64,000 nt of DNA from an uncultured Methanosarcinales archaeon (GCA_964469645.1 CAYXZV010000004.1:308-64307); one strand, 5' to 3'. Counted from the first letter of the stretch, positions 53,862 to 64,000 are shown. Translations and numbers: made by a program. The notes: a model not told the origin generated them from the sequence alone.

Positions 53862-55277
53862 ATGTCTATTTGGAAATCTATTTTAAATAATTTGCCGGAA
53901 GTTGAGGCTCCATCTCAAAAATTCTTGTCATTTAAAGAGAAGTCTAAGTGGACTCTGATTGTTTTGGTTATCTTCTTTATTCTTGGAGTAATGCCTTTGT
54001 TTGGCCTGGGACAAAACCAATTAGAGAGGTTCCAGTTCTTTTCGGTCATTCTTGGAGCTGAATTTGGAAGCATCATCAGCTTGGGAATAGGCCCTATAGT
54101 TACTGCCTCTATTGTATTGCAACTGCTTAATGGATCCGGGATTTTGAAGCTTGACCTTACTCAACCTGAGGGGAAAAAGACCTTTCAGGGGCTGCAAAAG
54201 TTGATGGCTATATTTTTTATAATATTTGAGGCTGCAATTTTTGTTTTGATGGGTGGTTTGTCACCTGATGCCGGATTTATTGGCACACCCATATACGGTC
54301 AACTTCAGCTAATCTTGATTTTTCAGCTTTTCTTAGGGGGCATAATGATCTTATTTATGGATGAGGTTGTCAGCAAGTGGGGCTTTGGTTCAGGTATAGG
54401 ATTATTCATAGCTGCAGGTGTCAGCAAAGGAATATTTGTGCAGGCTTTTAACTGGCTTCCGGGGCCTAGCGGCATAGCAGGCTTGACTTATTCTGCCGGT
54501 GCGGTTCCTGCACTATTCCAGAGCCTGGCTGCAAGGGATCCTGTAACTGCAGGAATTATGGTATCTGCCTTGCTGTTTACTGCTTTAGTTTTTGTTATGG
54601 TTGTTTTTGCCCAGGCAATGAAAGTAGAAATACCTTTATCCTTTGGTATGGTTAGAGGTCATGGTGTTCGCTGGCCACTGTCCTTTTTTTATACAAGCGT
54701 TATACCTGTGATATTAGTCTCTGCGCTTATAGCAAATTTTCAATTATTGGGAAGTTTTCTTGACAATAGGGGAATTCCATTGTTAGGTACTTTCAATGCT
54801 TTAGGACAGCCAAGCAGCGGATTTGTTTATTGGGTACAGCCAATAAATCTGGTAAGGTCCATTATTCAACAGCAAACTCTCTTTATTGGAATGGCTCCAT
54901 ATCTACAGGCTTTAGTTTATGTACTGTTTCTTATGCTAGGAGCTATGGTGTTCAGCATTTTCTGGGTCCAAACTGCAGGGATGGATGCAAGGAGCCAAGC
55001 GAAACAGATGATGTCCTCAGGATTGCAGATTCCGGGATTTAGACGGGATGAAAGGGTTCTTGAAACACTTCTGAAGAGATATATCTGGCCTTTGACAATA
55101 ATGGGAGGACTGTCTGTCGGATTTTTAGCTGGATTTGCAGATATAACCGGGACTTTGAGTTCTGGTACTGGTATTTTGCTGGCAGTAATGATTATATATA
55201 AGCTATACGAAGAGATTTCAAAACAACACATGATGGACATGAATCCGATGATGAGAAAGTTTATGGGTGGCGGGTAA
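53862..55277 (+). CDS. secY: Protein translocase subunit SecY
   Basis: 10 TM helices, with synteny after rpl15. Confidence 0.95.
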   Translation: MSIWKSILNNLPEVEAPSQKFLSFKEKSKWTLIVLVIFFILGVMPLFGLGQNQLERFQFFSVILGAEFGSIISLGIGPIVTASIVLQLLNGSGILKLDLTQPEGKKTFQGLQKLMAIFFIIFEAAIFVLMGGLSPDAGFIGTPIYGQLQLILIFQLFLGGIMILFMDEVVSKWGFGSGIGLFIAAGVSKGIFVQAFNWLPGPSGIAGLTYSAGAVPALFQSLAARDPVTAGIMVSALLFTALVFVMVVFAQAMKVEIPLSFGMVRGHGVRWPLSFFYTSVIPVILVSALIANFQLLGSFLDNRGIPLLGTFNALGQPSSGFVYWVQPINLVRSIIQQQTLFIGMAPYLQALVYVLFLMLGAMVFSIFWVQTAGMDARSQAKQMMSSGLQIPGFRRDERVLETLLKRYIWPLTIMGGLSVGFLAGFADITGTLSSGTGILLAVMIIYKLYEEISKQHMMDMNPMMRKFMGGG

Positions 55278-56024
55278 ATGGGCTTTGAAAATATATTAGA
55301 CCCTATTTTTTCGCCCTTGCTCAATCTCCCTACTCTTTGGGCTGTAATTATACTGTCTTTCTTGATTTCGTTGGTTATAACTGTTGTTTACAAGTACACT
55401 ACAAATCAAGATCTGATGAAGCGATTAAAGGAAGAGATGAAAGAGTTCCAAAGGGAAGTCAAAGAATTGAAGAAAGAACCTGATAAGGCTATGGCAGTTC
55501 AAAAAAGAGCTATGCAGACTAATATGAAATACATGATGCAATCTATGAAGAGTACTTTGTATTCAATACTTCCAATAATAATAATTTTCAGCTGGATGAG
55601 TGCGAATTTTGCTTATGATCCTATCACAGCAGGAAAAGATTTTACAACTACTGTAACTTTTGATAAGAACGTCAAAGGGGCAATAGAATTAAGTGTTCCT
55701 GAGGGAATTATAGTTGATGGGAGCGAAATAAAAGAAATCAAGGATGGGCAGGTTAAATGGATCTTAAATGGTGAAAATGGAGAATATCTTCTTGAGTATA
55801 TTTTTGATGGGGAAAAATACAATAAGGAAGTTTTAATTTCTGAGAATAAGTACAAGGAGCCAATAAAGAGGGTAAATGACGGTGTTGTAAAAACCATTGA
55901 GATTGAACACGAACCTAAGAAACTGCTTAACCTCTTTGGCTGGAAGATAGGGTGGCTGGGAAGCTATATAATATTCTCAATACTGTTTAGTATCATTATA
56001 AGGAAGATCATCAAAGTCTATTAA
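55278..56024 (+). CDS. DUF106/EMC3-TMCO1-like membrane insertase homolog (archaeal Oxa1-superfamily) with inserted beta-rich ectodomain
   Basis: LDPIFSPLLNLP...TM...coiled coil KRLKEEMKEFQREVKELKK...TM. It occupies the usual post-secY position. Confidence 0.7.
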   Translation: MGFENILDPIFSPLLNLPTLWAVIILSFLISLVITVVYKYTTNQDLMKRLKEEMKEFQREVKELKKEPDKAMAVQKRAMQTNMKYMMQSMKSTLYSILPIIIIFSWMSANFAYDPITAGKDFTTTVTFDKNVKGAIELSVPEGIIVDGSEIKEIKDGQVKWILNGENGEYLLEYIFDGEKYNKEVLISENKYKEPIKRVNDGVVKTIEIEHEPKKLLNLFGWKIGWLGSYIIFSILFSIIIRKIIKVY

Positions 56025-56031
56025 GTTTTTT

Positions 56032-56517
56032 CTAACATGCCTTGATATTGCTTGCTTTAATGGAATTTCTTGCACAAAGCTCTATAGAATCGTCAGTTTT
56101 TACTTTTGGGAAGAATTGAATCTGCTTTATAGCTCCATAAGCGCTAAGGTCATACTTTATCGAATTGTCTTTAATATCTCGGAGTTCTCCCTTTTTGATT
56201 GAAAAATCGTTGAAGTCCAGCAGTTTCGTTCCTTTTTCTCCAGTAACCCATATGCCAAGCCCATCAATGTTTTTGCTTCCATCATTATCAATGATGAAGT
56301 TGATGTAAGCGTTTTCCCCCTGTCCAGAATAACATATTTGTGAATCCCCTACGTTCCTTATTTTCATGCTTATACCTGTGCAGATGTCGCCGGGCTTTGC
56401 AATGTCAAGGTTTCTTCCCCAGTTAAGCACCACAGAGCCAAGAGCTACAGCAAAAGAAATTAGCAAAACTGTTGCTATTAACGGACTTACACCTCTTTTA
56501 TCGTATCTAGCTCTCAT
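56032..56517 (-). CDS. Archaeal type IV pilin-like protein (class III signal peptide)
   Basis: Starts MRARYDKRGVSPLIATVLLISFAVALGSVVLNW. Confidence 0.8.
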   Translation of the reverse strand: MRARYDKRGVSPLIATVLLISFAVALGSVVLNWGRNLDIAKPGDICTGISMKIRNVGDSQICYSGQGENAYINFIIDNDGSKNIDGLGIWVTGEKGTKLLDFNDFSIKKGELRDIKDNSIKYDLSAYGAIKQIQFFPKVKTDDSIELCARNSIKASNIKAC

Positions 56518-56624
56518 TGTCCTAAGAGTTCCAATGGTCTTGTTTTATATATAAAGATTTCTATACTAAATGGTAAGATTTTTTAGGCAAAAGATTTATA
56601 AAAGGATTTTGATTTCCAAAGAGC

Positions 56625-56891
56625 ATGTCAGAACCATACAAAAGGTCCAGAAGCCTGAGGAGATTGCAGATAAAAGTTCCTGGTGGACAGACTAAATCTC
56701 ATTATAGGGAAAGAAAGCACAAGTTAGGCAGATGTCATGTTACTGGACAGACTTTAAAGGGTGTTTTAAGAGAAAGGCCGGATGATATGAAGAGATTTTC
56801 TAAATCGAAGAAAAGGCCTTCCAGACCGTATGGGGGAAACTTAAGTTCTAGTGCTATGAGGGACGTTTTCAAAAAAAAGACAAGAGAATAA
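56625..56891 (+). CDS. rpl34e: 50S ribosomal protein eL34
   Basis: RSRSLRRLQIKVPGGQTKSHYRERK...CHVTGQ is present. Confidence 0.85.
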   Translation: MSEPYKRSRSLRRLQIKVPGGQTKSHYRERKHKLGRCHVTGQTLKGVLRERPDDMKRFSKSKKRPSRPYGGNLSSSAMRDVFKKKTRE

Positions 56892-56943
56892 TCTCATGGG
56901 GTTTTGGCGACAGATCCTAAAAAATTGAGATTGGAGAAATAAA

Positions 56944-57450
56944 ATGATTGAAGTTGGAAGATTATGTTTAAAGATTGCTGGCAGAGATGCTGGCTTAAAG
57001 TGCGTTATTGTAGATATTCTTGATGATAAGCTCGTGTTAATAGATGGCGAGACTAGGCGTAGAAAATGTAATATCCTACATATTGAGCCTTTGAAAGACA
57101 TGATAAAAATAAAGAAAAATACTTCTCACGAGGATATAAAGAAAGAATTCGAGAAACTTGGCTTAAAAGTCATGGAAACGAAGCCAAAACAAAAAACAGA
57201 AAGGCCAAGGAAGAAAAGAAAGACTCCTGATCAGTTAAGGGAGCAAAAAGAAGAGAAGAAGAAATTAATGGATATTTTCAAGAGAAAGAAAGAAGAGGAA
57301 AAAGTTGAGAAGAAAGAAGGTTCCAGCCTAGAAGAGAAAGCGGGCTTGGTTGAAGAGAAAAAGGAAGTTAAGACAAAAGAAAAAAGTAAAGAACCTAAAA
57401 AAGTTAAAAAGGAAGACTCTAAGAAAGAGACAAAAACAGTTAAGAAGTAA
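56944..57450 (+). CDS. rpl14e: 50S ribosomal protein eL14 with about 90-aa Lys/Glu-rich tail
   Basis: Starts MIEVGRLCLKIAGRDAGLKCVIVDILDD (KOW). Confidence 0.85.
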   Translation: MIEVGRLCLKIAGRDAGLKCVIVDILDDKLVLIDGETRRRKCNILHIEPLKDMIKIKKNTSHEDIKKEFEKLGLKVMETKPKQKTERPRKKRKTPDQLREQKEEKKKLMDIFKRKKEEEKVEKKEGSSLEEKAGLVEEKKEVKTKEKSKEPKKVKKEDSKKETKTVKK

Positions 57451-59092
57451 CAATCTCATATAACTCTGTCAGATTCAGCTCAAAAGCAGATACCGGAACT
57501 TCTAATTCCCAGTTTTGCAGAACTATAGGATTTAACTCTCCTATATAAGCTATTTTCTTCCCGTTTACTATGACTCTTGCGACTCTTCCTGGAATAAAAG
57601 AACTATGTTCAACCTCTGCTATTTGATATTTTAATCCTAAACTTCTGAATAAATAATCAAGGATTTGCCTGACTTCTGTGTAGTCTGTGTTTTCTGAGGC
57701 TATTGCAACAGCTAACCTCTGATCTTCTCCTATATTTGTATCCGAGCTGCTGTCTTTTTTGAAGACTGTCCCTATTGTGAATATTTTTTGCGGGTACTCG
57801 TGGTGTTTATTATTGTTCAGTATCTCCATCAATGAGGGTACAATCCAGGCTCTTAGCATATCATAATCAGAAGATATTGAGTTTGCAAGCCCAATCAATT
57901 GCAGCTGTGCATTCATCTTTTTGCATTGGAATTCTTTATTGGTGAGATTGTAAGTGCTGGTTTCCATCAAATCAAGACCTATCAATAAGGAAGATATCTT
58001 GCTCTTGAAGATTTCAAACTTGTCTTCCTGGGCAATTGTTGCTACATTGGGTATTGTGGAATGGAAGTTTTCATAACCATATGCTATTGCTATGTCTTCT
58101 GCTAAATCTGATTGATGGATTATATCTGTCCTGTAAGCAGGTATCAGGACTTTTTTGTTCCTGTAGCCATAACCCATTCTTTCGAAGAGCTTTTTGATTT
58201 CACTTTCTTTAAGGCTGAGCCCAAGTAATTTATTTATGTAATCAATGTCTACTTTCATCTCTTCTGGCCTTAGGTCTGGTGTTGTGTATTTTTTGCTTCC
58301 ATAGGCTAATTCCATTGAATATACTTTTCCACCCATCTCATATAATGAGGTTACGATCATGTTAAGGCATTTCTTCAAGACATTGAAATCAAATCCTGAG
58401 CATTCTATGAAAATTTCTTTGGTGTTTTCATTTATCTTTCCAGTCTTATGGGAATTTATTATTGGAGGTACTGAAAGTACTTCATTATTAGCATCTCTGA
58501 AAACAGGAAATTTTTTCATTCCTTTCAGTAGAGGTCCATAAGCTCTTCCAGCTGGGTGCTTATCAAGGATTTCTAACATATTCATTTTTTTATTGGATTC
58601 TAGTGGTTGGAATACTATGTCTTTTGGGTTTTGTGCCAGAAATTTTATCGGAGTCTTTATTTTTTCGAATGGGTAGATTCCTATGGCTGCCTTTTTTCTG
58701 TTCCTTCCATAGGTTATATGCAATTTTTCCTGTATATCTATGACTTCCTTAATCTTTTCATCATCAAAATGCATATCCTTAACTATAGCGCAAGCTGTGT
58801 ATGGTCTTACATCTGCTACAGATCTGTCAACAATCATCTTTTCTTTTGAGTTTTCAGCTTTGTATTGCCTTAATCCTGTCTTTGTGCCTGTAAAAGATGA
58901 GAAAGCTCTGGCAAGTCCTTGAACAGAAAGTAAATCCGGTCTGTTGGGGAATATCTCTACGATAATCTCTTTTTCATTTACATCTTCCAGGTCTGTACCA
59001 AGCATTGATATTCTGTCCTTTAGTTTTTCTATTGGGAGCTTTTTTCCAGCAAGTTTTTCGAAGACTTTTTTGTTGATGTTTATTGTTGGCAT
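57440..59092 (-). CDS. pheT: Phenylalanine--tRNA ligase beta subunit
   Basis: MPTININKKVFEKLAGK..., the archaeal 550-aa form, adjacent to pheS. Confidence 0.9.
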   Translation of the reverse strand: MPTININKKVFEKLAGKKLPIEKLKDRISMLGTDLEDVNEKEIIVEIFPNRPDLLSVQGLARAFSSFTGTKTGLRQYKAENSKEKMIVDRSVADVRPYTACAIVKDMHFDDEKIKEVIDIQEKLHITYGRNRKKAAIGIYPFEKIKTPIKFLAQNPKDIVFQPLESNKKMNMLEILDKHPAGRAYGPLLKGMKKFPVFRDANNEVLSVPPIINSHKTGKINENTKEIFIECSGFDFNVLKKCLNMIVTSLYEMGGKVYSMELAYGSKKYTTPDLRPEEMKVDIDYINKLLGLSLKESEIKKLFERMGYGYRNKKVLIPAYRTDIIHQSDLAEDIAIAYGYENFHSTIPNVATIAQEDKFEIFKSKISSLLIGLDLMETSTYNLTNKEFQCKKMNAQLQLIGLANSISSDYDMLRAWIVPSLMEILNNNKHHEYPQKIFTIGTVFKKDSSSDTNIGEDQRLAVAIASENTDYTEVRQILDYLFRSLGLKYQIAEVEHSSFIPGRVARVIVNGKKIAYIGELNPIVLQNWELEVPVSAFELNLTELYEIVTS

Positions 59093-59099
59093 TTTCTTT

Positions 59100-60629
59100 T
59101 TATTTCATCCAGATTTTTGATTCTTTTAATTGTTTCAAATCATTCTTGTAGACATCTCTTACATCTTTGATATTGTAATACTCCATTATGGTCCTTTCCA
59201 TGCCAAGACCCCATGCAAGCACAGGAACTTCCATTCCCAGTAGAGGTTTGACCATTTCCGGCCGGAATATTCCAGATCCTCCTAACTCGACCCATTGTTT
59301 TTTTACAGGATGCCATACATCCACCTCTGCAGATGGTTCTGTATAAGGAAAATGAGCAGGTCTTATCCTCACATCAGGAAATCCCATCTTTGCAAAGAAT
59401 TCTTTTAGGTAACCTTTAAGATTCTTGAAGTTTGCATTTGGATCGACAACAATCCCCTCTACTTGTATAAACTCAAATAAGGATTTCCATGATAAGGTTT
59501 CGTTTCTGAATACTTTTCCTACTGAGAAAAATTTTGCAGGTAAATCTTCTTTCTTTAATTTTGCTAATGTTTGTGCGGATAGGACTGTTGTGTGTGTCCT
59601 TAGTAAGTTTTCCTTTGCTATATCTTCTGACCAGTTATATTGCCAACCTTTGCTTCCTGTTGTATAGCCGTTTTCATGTGCAGCTTTTACTTTTTTTACA
59701 AATTCTTTCGGAAGTTTTCCATGTTTTGGGTCTTTAATGTAGAAAGTATCCTGCATATCTCTTGCCGGATGATCTTGTGGCACAAACAAAGCATCTAAGT
59801 CCCAGAAAGAGGTCTGGACATTATTGCCAGTCATTTCCTTGAAACCCATGTCAAGCCATATACGTTTTATGTATTGAATAGCTTGGTTGACAAAATGCTG
59901 TTTCCCTCCAGAAATATTTGGTACGTTGATTTTTACATCATAGCTTCTCAGTTTCTTGTTCTTCCATTCTCCTGACTTTAAAGATTTTGGAGTTAATCTA
60001 TCTAATATGTCTTTTTCTTTTATCCCGTGCTGTATAATTTTCTTTCCTATCTCTGTCAGTTCTGCAGTTATTATTTTTACAATGCTGACTTTTATAACTT
60101 TATTTCGTTTCTTTAAATTTTCGAATAAAAGTTTATCTAGGTCTACTAATTCAGAAGTATTCATTGGAAATTTCTTTTTTAGAAATTCTTGTTCTGGATA
60201 AGGTTCGTCGTGGATTTTTCTTCCATTATCTGTAATTGAAATGATTAATTCTTTGTCTTTTTTGATTTCTATTGCGTTTTTGGATTTGAGAATCCCAAGG
60301 CTTATGCCCAATTCCTGTTTGCTTAAATGAGATCTTTTTTCAATAATACTTAAGGGTGTTGGGTGTTTTATTTCTCCCAAAAAATTTCTTTCTGGTAAGC
60401 CATTTGCTCTATACTTTAGTCCATTTTCATCAAGACTAATAGCCTCTTTTAATGCCTTATTTACCCTGATGATTTTTTTATTTTGAAGCCATTGCAACGC
60501 TCTCATTACCTCAACTTTCTGCAATCCTGTTTTTTCAGCTATTTTTTCGAATGAGTTTGTCTCTTTTAAAACAGGAAGCACTTTCCTCTCAAAAGTGTGT
60601 AAAGTTGATATTGTCTTGTCTATTTCCAT
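59100..60629 (-). CDS. pheS: Phenylalanine--tRNA ligase alpha subunit
   Basis: Class II motifs (FVPQDHPARDMQDTFY; GLGMERT) are present. Confidence 0.95.
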   Translation of the reverse strand: MEIDKTISTLHTFERKVLPVLKETNSFEKIAEKTGLQKVEVMRALQWLQNKKIIRVNKALKEAISLDENGLKYRANGLPERNFLGEIKHPTPLSIIEKRSHLSKQELGISLGILKSKNAIEIKKDKELIISITDNGRKIHDEPYPEQEFLKKKFPMNTSELVDLDKLLFENLKKRNKVIKVSIVKIITAELTEIGKKIIQHGIKEKDILDRLTPKSLKSGEWKNKKLRSYDVKINVPNISGGKQHFVNQAIQYIKRIWLDMGFKEMTGNNVQTSFWDLDALFVPQDHPARDMQDTFYIKDPKHGKLPKEFVKKVKAAHENGYTTGSKGWQYNWSEDIAKENLLRTHTTVLSAQTLAKLKKEDLPAKFFSVGKVFRNETLSWKSLFEFIQVEGIVVDPNANFKNLKGYLKEFFAKMGFPDVRIRPAHFPYTEPSAEVDVWHPVKKQWVELGGSGIFRPEMVKPLLGMEVPVLAWGLGMERTIMEYYNIKDVRDVYKNDLKQLKESKIWMK

Positions 60630-60693
60630 ATTGACTAGAAAGGATTAGAATTAATTTAAATATATTGTTGTTTTAGGGGAAAATAAGGATTAT

Positions 60694-61353
60694 TTATTTC
60701 TTCTTAAGCTCTTTCTGCAGCTTATCCCAGTCATCCAAAAATTGTTTTATACCTTTATCTGTTAATTTATGGTTGAACATCTCCTGGAATACTTTGTAAG
60801 GCATTGTAGCTATATCTGCACCCATCATAGCTACTTCCTTGACATGCTCTGTATTTCTTATGCTTGCTGCAAGAATCTGGCTCTTGAATCCATAGTTATC
60901 ATAAATTGTCCTTATCTCTTTTATTATGTCTGTGCCTTTTTCTCCTATGTCATCCAATCTCCCAAGGAAAGGGCTTGTAAGGTAAGTTCCTGCTTTTGCT
61001 GCTAGTAAAGCCTGGTTTGCTGAGAAAATTAATGTGGTGTTGATTTTTATTCCTGATTTTGACATAATCCTGCAGGCTTTCATACCTTCAGGAGTCATTG
61101 GAACTTTTATTACGATGTTTTTGTGTATTTTTGCAAATTCTTTTCCTTCTTTGATCATTCCTTTTGAGTCTAAAGAGATAGTTTCCGCGCTTATTGGGCC
61201 GTTGACTATCTTTGCTATTTCTCTTAGCGTTTCAACGTAATCGCGACCTTCTTTCATGATTAATGTTGGATTTGTTGTTACGCCGTCTAGTGGAATTATG
61301 TCGTTTGCCGTCTTTATATCTTCGACGCTTGCTGTATCTAGGAATAATTTCAT
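60694..61353 (-). CDS. tal: Transaldolase / fructose-6-phosphate aldolase (short type 3B)
   Basis: [22 protein letters not shown] and the active-site KVP are present. Confidence 0.85.
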   Translation of the reverse strand: MKLFLDTASVEDIKTANDIIPLDGVTTNPTLIMKEGRDYVETLREIAKIVNGPISAETISLDSKGMIKEGKEFAKIHKNIVIKVPMTPEGMKACRIMSKSGIKINTTLIFSANQALLAAKAGTYLTSPFLGRLDDIGEKGTDIIKEIRTIYDNYGFKSQILAASIRNTEHVKEVAMMGADIATMPYKVFQEMFNHKLTDKGIKQFLDDWDKLQKELKKK

Positions 61354-61366
61354 TTTTGTATATCAA

Positions 61367-62305
61367 TTAGTTTTTCTTTTTAATAACTTTTCCTACTTTC
61401 TCTGCAACATGCTTTGCACTTAAGCCATATTTGTCGTACAATTCCTCAGGCTTTCCAGATTCTGCATATTTGTCTTCTACACCAATCCTTTTCATTATGC
61501 ATGGGTAATTTTCTGACAGAACTTCTGCAACTGCGCTTCCCAGGCCTCCTATTATATTATGGTCCTCTGCTGTTATTACGCAATTTGTCTTTTTTGCTAA
61601 ATCTATGATTAATTTTTCATCAATAGGTTTTATTGTATGGATGTTGACAACATAAATGTCAATCTTATCTTTCTTTAAGATTTCTGCTGCTTTTAATGAT
61701 TCGTGAACCATGGTTCCTGTTGCAAAAATTACTGCGTCATTTCCCTTTCTTAGTATCTCTCCTTTTCCTATTTTGAATTTGTAATTTTCATTGTGGATAA
61801 TTGGTAATGGATTTCTTAATAATCTCATAAAGCTCGGACCGTTATAATTTGCAAGAGCATGGACTGCCTTTTTTGTTTCTGTATAATCACAAGGTTGTAT
61901 AACTACCATATTTGGCAATGTCCTGTAAATAGAAATATCTTCTATTGCCTGTGCGCTTTTGCCGTCTTCTCCTGTATGTATTCCTGCATGGCTTCCTGCA
62001 AGCTTTACATTTAACTTATTTCTTGAGACAATGTTTCTAACAAATTCAAATGCCCTCTCAGTAAAAATTGCGAAAGTACTGGCAAAAGGTATTTTACCCG
62101 ATACTGAAAGCCCTGCTGCAATTCCGACAAGGTCCTGCTCTGCGATTCCTGCAGTGATGTACCTATCAGGAAATTGCTTTCCAAAACTTTCTGCTTTGGT
62201 TGAATCTCCAAGATCCGCATCTACTACAACTACATGAGGGTTTTTCTTCCCTATCTCTACTAATGCGTCTCCGTATCCTTCTCTTGTTGCTTTTTCCTCA
62301 GTCAT
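61367..62305 (-). CDS. Transketolase, C-terminal (pyrimidine-binding) subunit
   Basis: Split-tkt architecture. GIAEQDLVG is present. Confidence 0.9.
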   Translation of the reverse strand: MTEEKATREGYGDALVEIGKKNPHVVVVDADLGDSTKAESFGKQFPDRYITAGIAEQDLVGIAAGLSVSGKIPFASTFAIFTERAFEFVRNIVSRNKLNVKLAGSHAGIHTGEDGKSAQAIEDISIYRTLPNMVVIQPCDYTETKKAVHALANYNGPSFMRLLRNPLPIIHNENYKFKIGKGEILRKGNDAVIFATGTMVHESLKAAEILKKDKIDIYVVNIHTIKPIDEKLIIDLAKKTNCVITAEDHNIIGGLGSAVAEVLSENYPCIMKRIGVEDKYAESGKPEELYDKYGLSAKHVAEKVGKVIKKKN

Positions 62306-63122
62306 TTTTATTTAACTCTTCCATTGCTTTTTCGAATTGCTCGTCGTCAGGAGCTTTGCCGTGAAATTTGTGATTCAGTTCCATAAAGGACACTCCTTTT
62401 CCTTTGATCGTATTAGCTACTATCATCACTGGTTTTCCTTTTACATCGTCGGCTTTGTCGAGAGTGTTGATAATTTCCCTCATATCATGGCCATCAATAT
62501 CAAAAACATGGAAGTTAAATGCTTTCCATTTATCCGGTGCAGGGTCTATGTTCATTACATCTTTTGTTTTTCCGGTTTCCTGTACTTGGTTCTTATCAAG
62601 AATAACGACTAGATTGTCAAGCTTATGGTGGGCAGCGGCCATGGCAGCTTCCCAGACAGCTCCTTCTTGTGCTTCTCCATCTCCTATTAAAACATAAACC
62701 TTGTAATTTTTCTTGTCAAGCTTTCCGGCTATAGCGATGCCGTTTGCAAAGCATACCCCTTGTCCTAAACTACCACCAGCAAAATCAACTCCAGGAACTT
62801 TAAGTTCTGGGTGTCCTTGCAAGCGACTATTTATTTTTCTGAATGTCTCTAATTCTTTTTTCGGGAAGAATCCTTTCATAGCAAGAGTTGCATAGTAACC
62901 AGGAGATGCATGCCCTTTGCTTAACACAAACCTGTCACGATCTTCCCAATGTGGTTTTTTTGGGTTTGTGTTTAGTTTGTAGAAATATAATGCTGCTAGA
63001 ATGTCTGCTTCAGATAAAGAACCACCGGGATGACCCGATTGTGCACGGTGCGTTATGATTATTGATTCTTTTCTTATCTCGTTTGCTATTTTCTTTAATT
63101 CCTTGGTTTTATCTTTATCCAT
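62298..63122 (-). CDS. Transketolase, N-terminal (TPP-binding) subunit
   Basis: GHPGGSLS and GDGEAQEG are present. Confidence 0.9.
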   Translation of the reverse strand: MDKDKTKELKKIANEIRKESIIITHRAQSGHPGGSLSEADILAALYFYKLNTNPKKPHWEDRDRFVLSKGHASPGYYATLAMKGFFPKKELETFRKINSRLQGHPELKVPGVDFAGGSLGQGVCFANGIAIAGKLDKKNYKVYVLIGDGEAQEGAVWEAAMAAAHHKLDNLVVILDKNQVQETGKTKDVMNIDPAPDKWKAFNFHVFDIDGHDMREIINTLDKADDVKGKPVMIVANTIKGKGVSFMELNHKFHGKAPDDEQFEKAMEELNKND

Positions 63123-63199
63123 TTTGAAAATACTAGAAATATTAATACTATTTATTTTATAAGTCTTTTGTTTAGTAATTTAAAGAAAATAAAAAAAAA

Positions 63200-64000
63200 T
63201 CAGTGTTTCTTGAGCGCTTCGGCTGCTGGTTTCATACTCTTCCAAGCGATATTGAATAAGTTCTCTAATGCGCTTGAAAAGAATGGAGTATTTACCCATA
63301 TGCCAACATCATATGTTGGGTGTACAGAGTTGTCGTCCATTATCATAAAGATGATTTCTTTTCCATCAACAATTACGAACCTGGCTTTTGAGTCTATGTT
63401 CCTAACCTCTGCAACTCCGGATATGTCTTTTACTGCTGCTGCTGTTTCTTTTGTCAGGGGTGCTGCTATCTTTATTTTTACACCGCGCTTCTTTAATCTC
63501 TCGAAAGTTGGCTTAAAGCCCTCTATCTTTCTTATTAAACCTTGGCTTGTAGTCATTATAGATACAGATTCTTCTGCATTTCTAATGGTCAATTCAAGAT
63601 GGTTGTATAGATTATGTCGCCCCTTTAAAGAACCAGAAAGATCTGCTGGCTCTACAAGCTCGATACCTTGTGTGTGGAGAGTATTTAATTCGTCTATGAC
63701 CTCTGTCTTCTTAAGATCCTCAAGTTTTGTTATTTGCTCTTTTGCATCCTCGTTAACATTTTTCTTAACTCTTTCCAAGACCTCTTTAGGAGGTACTGCG
63801 AGGTATTTGATCGGTTTGCCTAGCTTCATAACGACAAAACCTTTCTTTTCTAAACTTTCAAGAACATCGTAGCTTCTACTTCTTGGTACGTTAGCTATAT
63901 CTGATAACTCTCCTGCTGTTGAAACTCCTCTAGAGAGTAAAGCTGTCCATATCTTAACTTCATACAAATTTAAAGAAAAATACCTTCTCAGTTTGCTTAA
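63200..64000 (-). CDS. TrmB-family transcriptional regulator; N-terminus runs past the right window edge
   Basis: LYEVKIWTALLSRGVSTAGELSDIANVPRSRSYDVLESLEKKGFV (wHTH) is present. The frame stays open upstream to 64000 (LSKLRRYFSLN...). Confidence 0.8.
   Translation of the reverse strand, partial: LSKLRRYFSLNLYEVKIWTALLSRGVSTAGELSDIANVPRSRSYDVLESLEKKGFVVMKLGKPIKYLAVPPKEVLERVKKNVNEDAKEQITKLEDLKKTEVIDELNTLHTQGIELVEPADLSGSLKGRHNLYNHLELTIRNAEESVSIMTTSQGLIRKIEGFKPTFERLKKRGVKIKIAAPLTKETAAAVKDISGVAEVRNIDSKARFVIVDGKEIIFMIMDDNSVHPTYDVGIWVNTPFFSSALENLFNIAWKSMKPAAEALKKH

Overview
Compact, AT-rich archaeal chromosome segment. GC is roughly one third by eye, and genes are packed with gaps of 0-100 nt. The gene set points to a small-genome DPANN-type archaeon. 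It carries archaeal/eukaryal ribosomal proteins (eS4, eL32, eL19, eL34, eL14), TFS, PCNA, a fused PriS-PriL primase, Hef, the class-I CCA enzyme, RNase J and aIF1/SUI1, together with a bacterial-type GyrA. Lys/Glu-rich tails are pervasive. I call about 75 protein genes and 2 tRNAs, with no rRNA, CRISPR array, transposase or integrase. The stretch 41.9-56.0 kb is the conserved uL3...uL15-SecY ribosomal supercluster. The rest is housekeeping: nucleotide metabolism, tRNA modification, envelope/glycosylation, PheRS and the non-oxidative pentose phosphate pathway. No recognisable multi-gene defence or mobile system is visible. Seven things stand out. (1) A family of GC-rich modular hairpin repeats (668-775, 16654-16779, 47663-47747) has stems that differ by paired, compensatory changes, and one copy sits inside the r-protein operon. 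(2) A second conserved element, a hairpin plus twin C-rich motifs, follows two unrelated genes (6058-6135, 33571-33655). (3) A 143-nt rod-like hairpin lies at 32633-32775. (4) Four single-gene ORFans on the + strand (5133-5381, 9473-10954, 18074-18496, 19566-20351) have non-host amino-acid composition and frequent CGN arginine codons. (5) A CheD-like/receiver-like gene pair has no other che genes nearby. (6) Polyproline-headed, coiled-coil/KE-rich proteins occur at 3123-5093 and 26633-28007. (7) A class-II tRNA is interrupted by about 75 nt. All function calls rest on motif recognition by eye, and no database search was possible.
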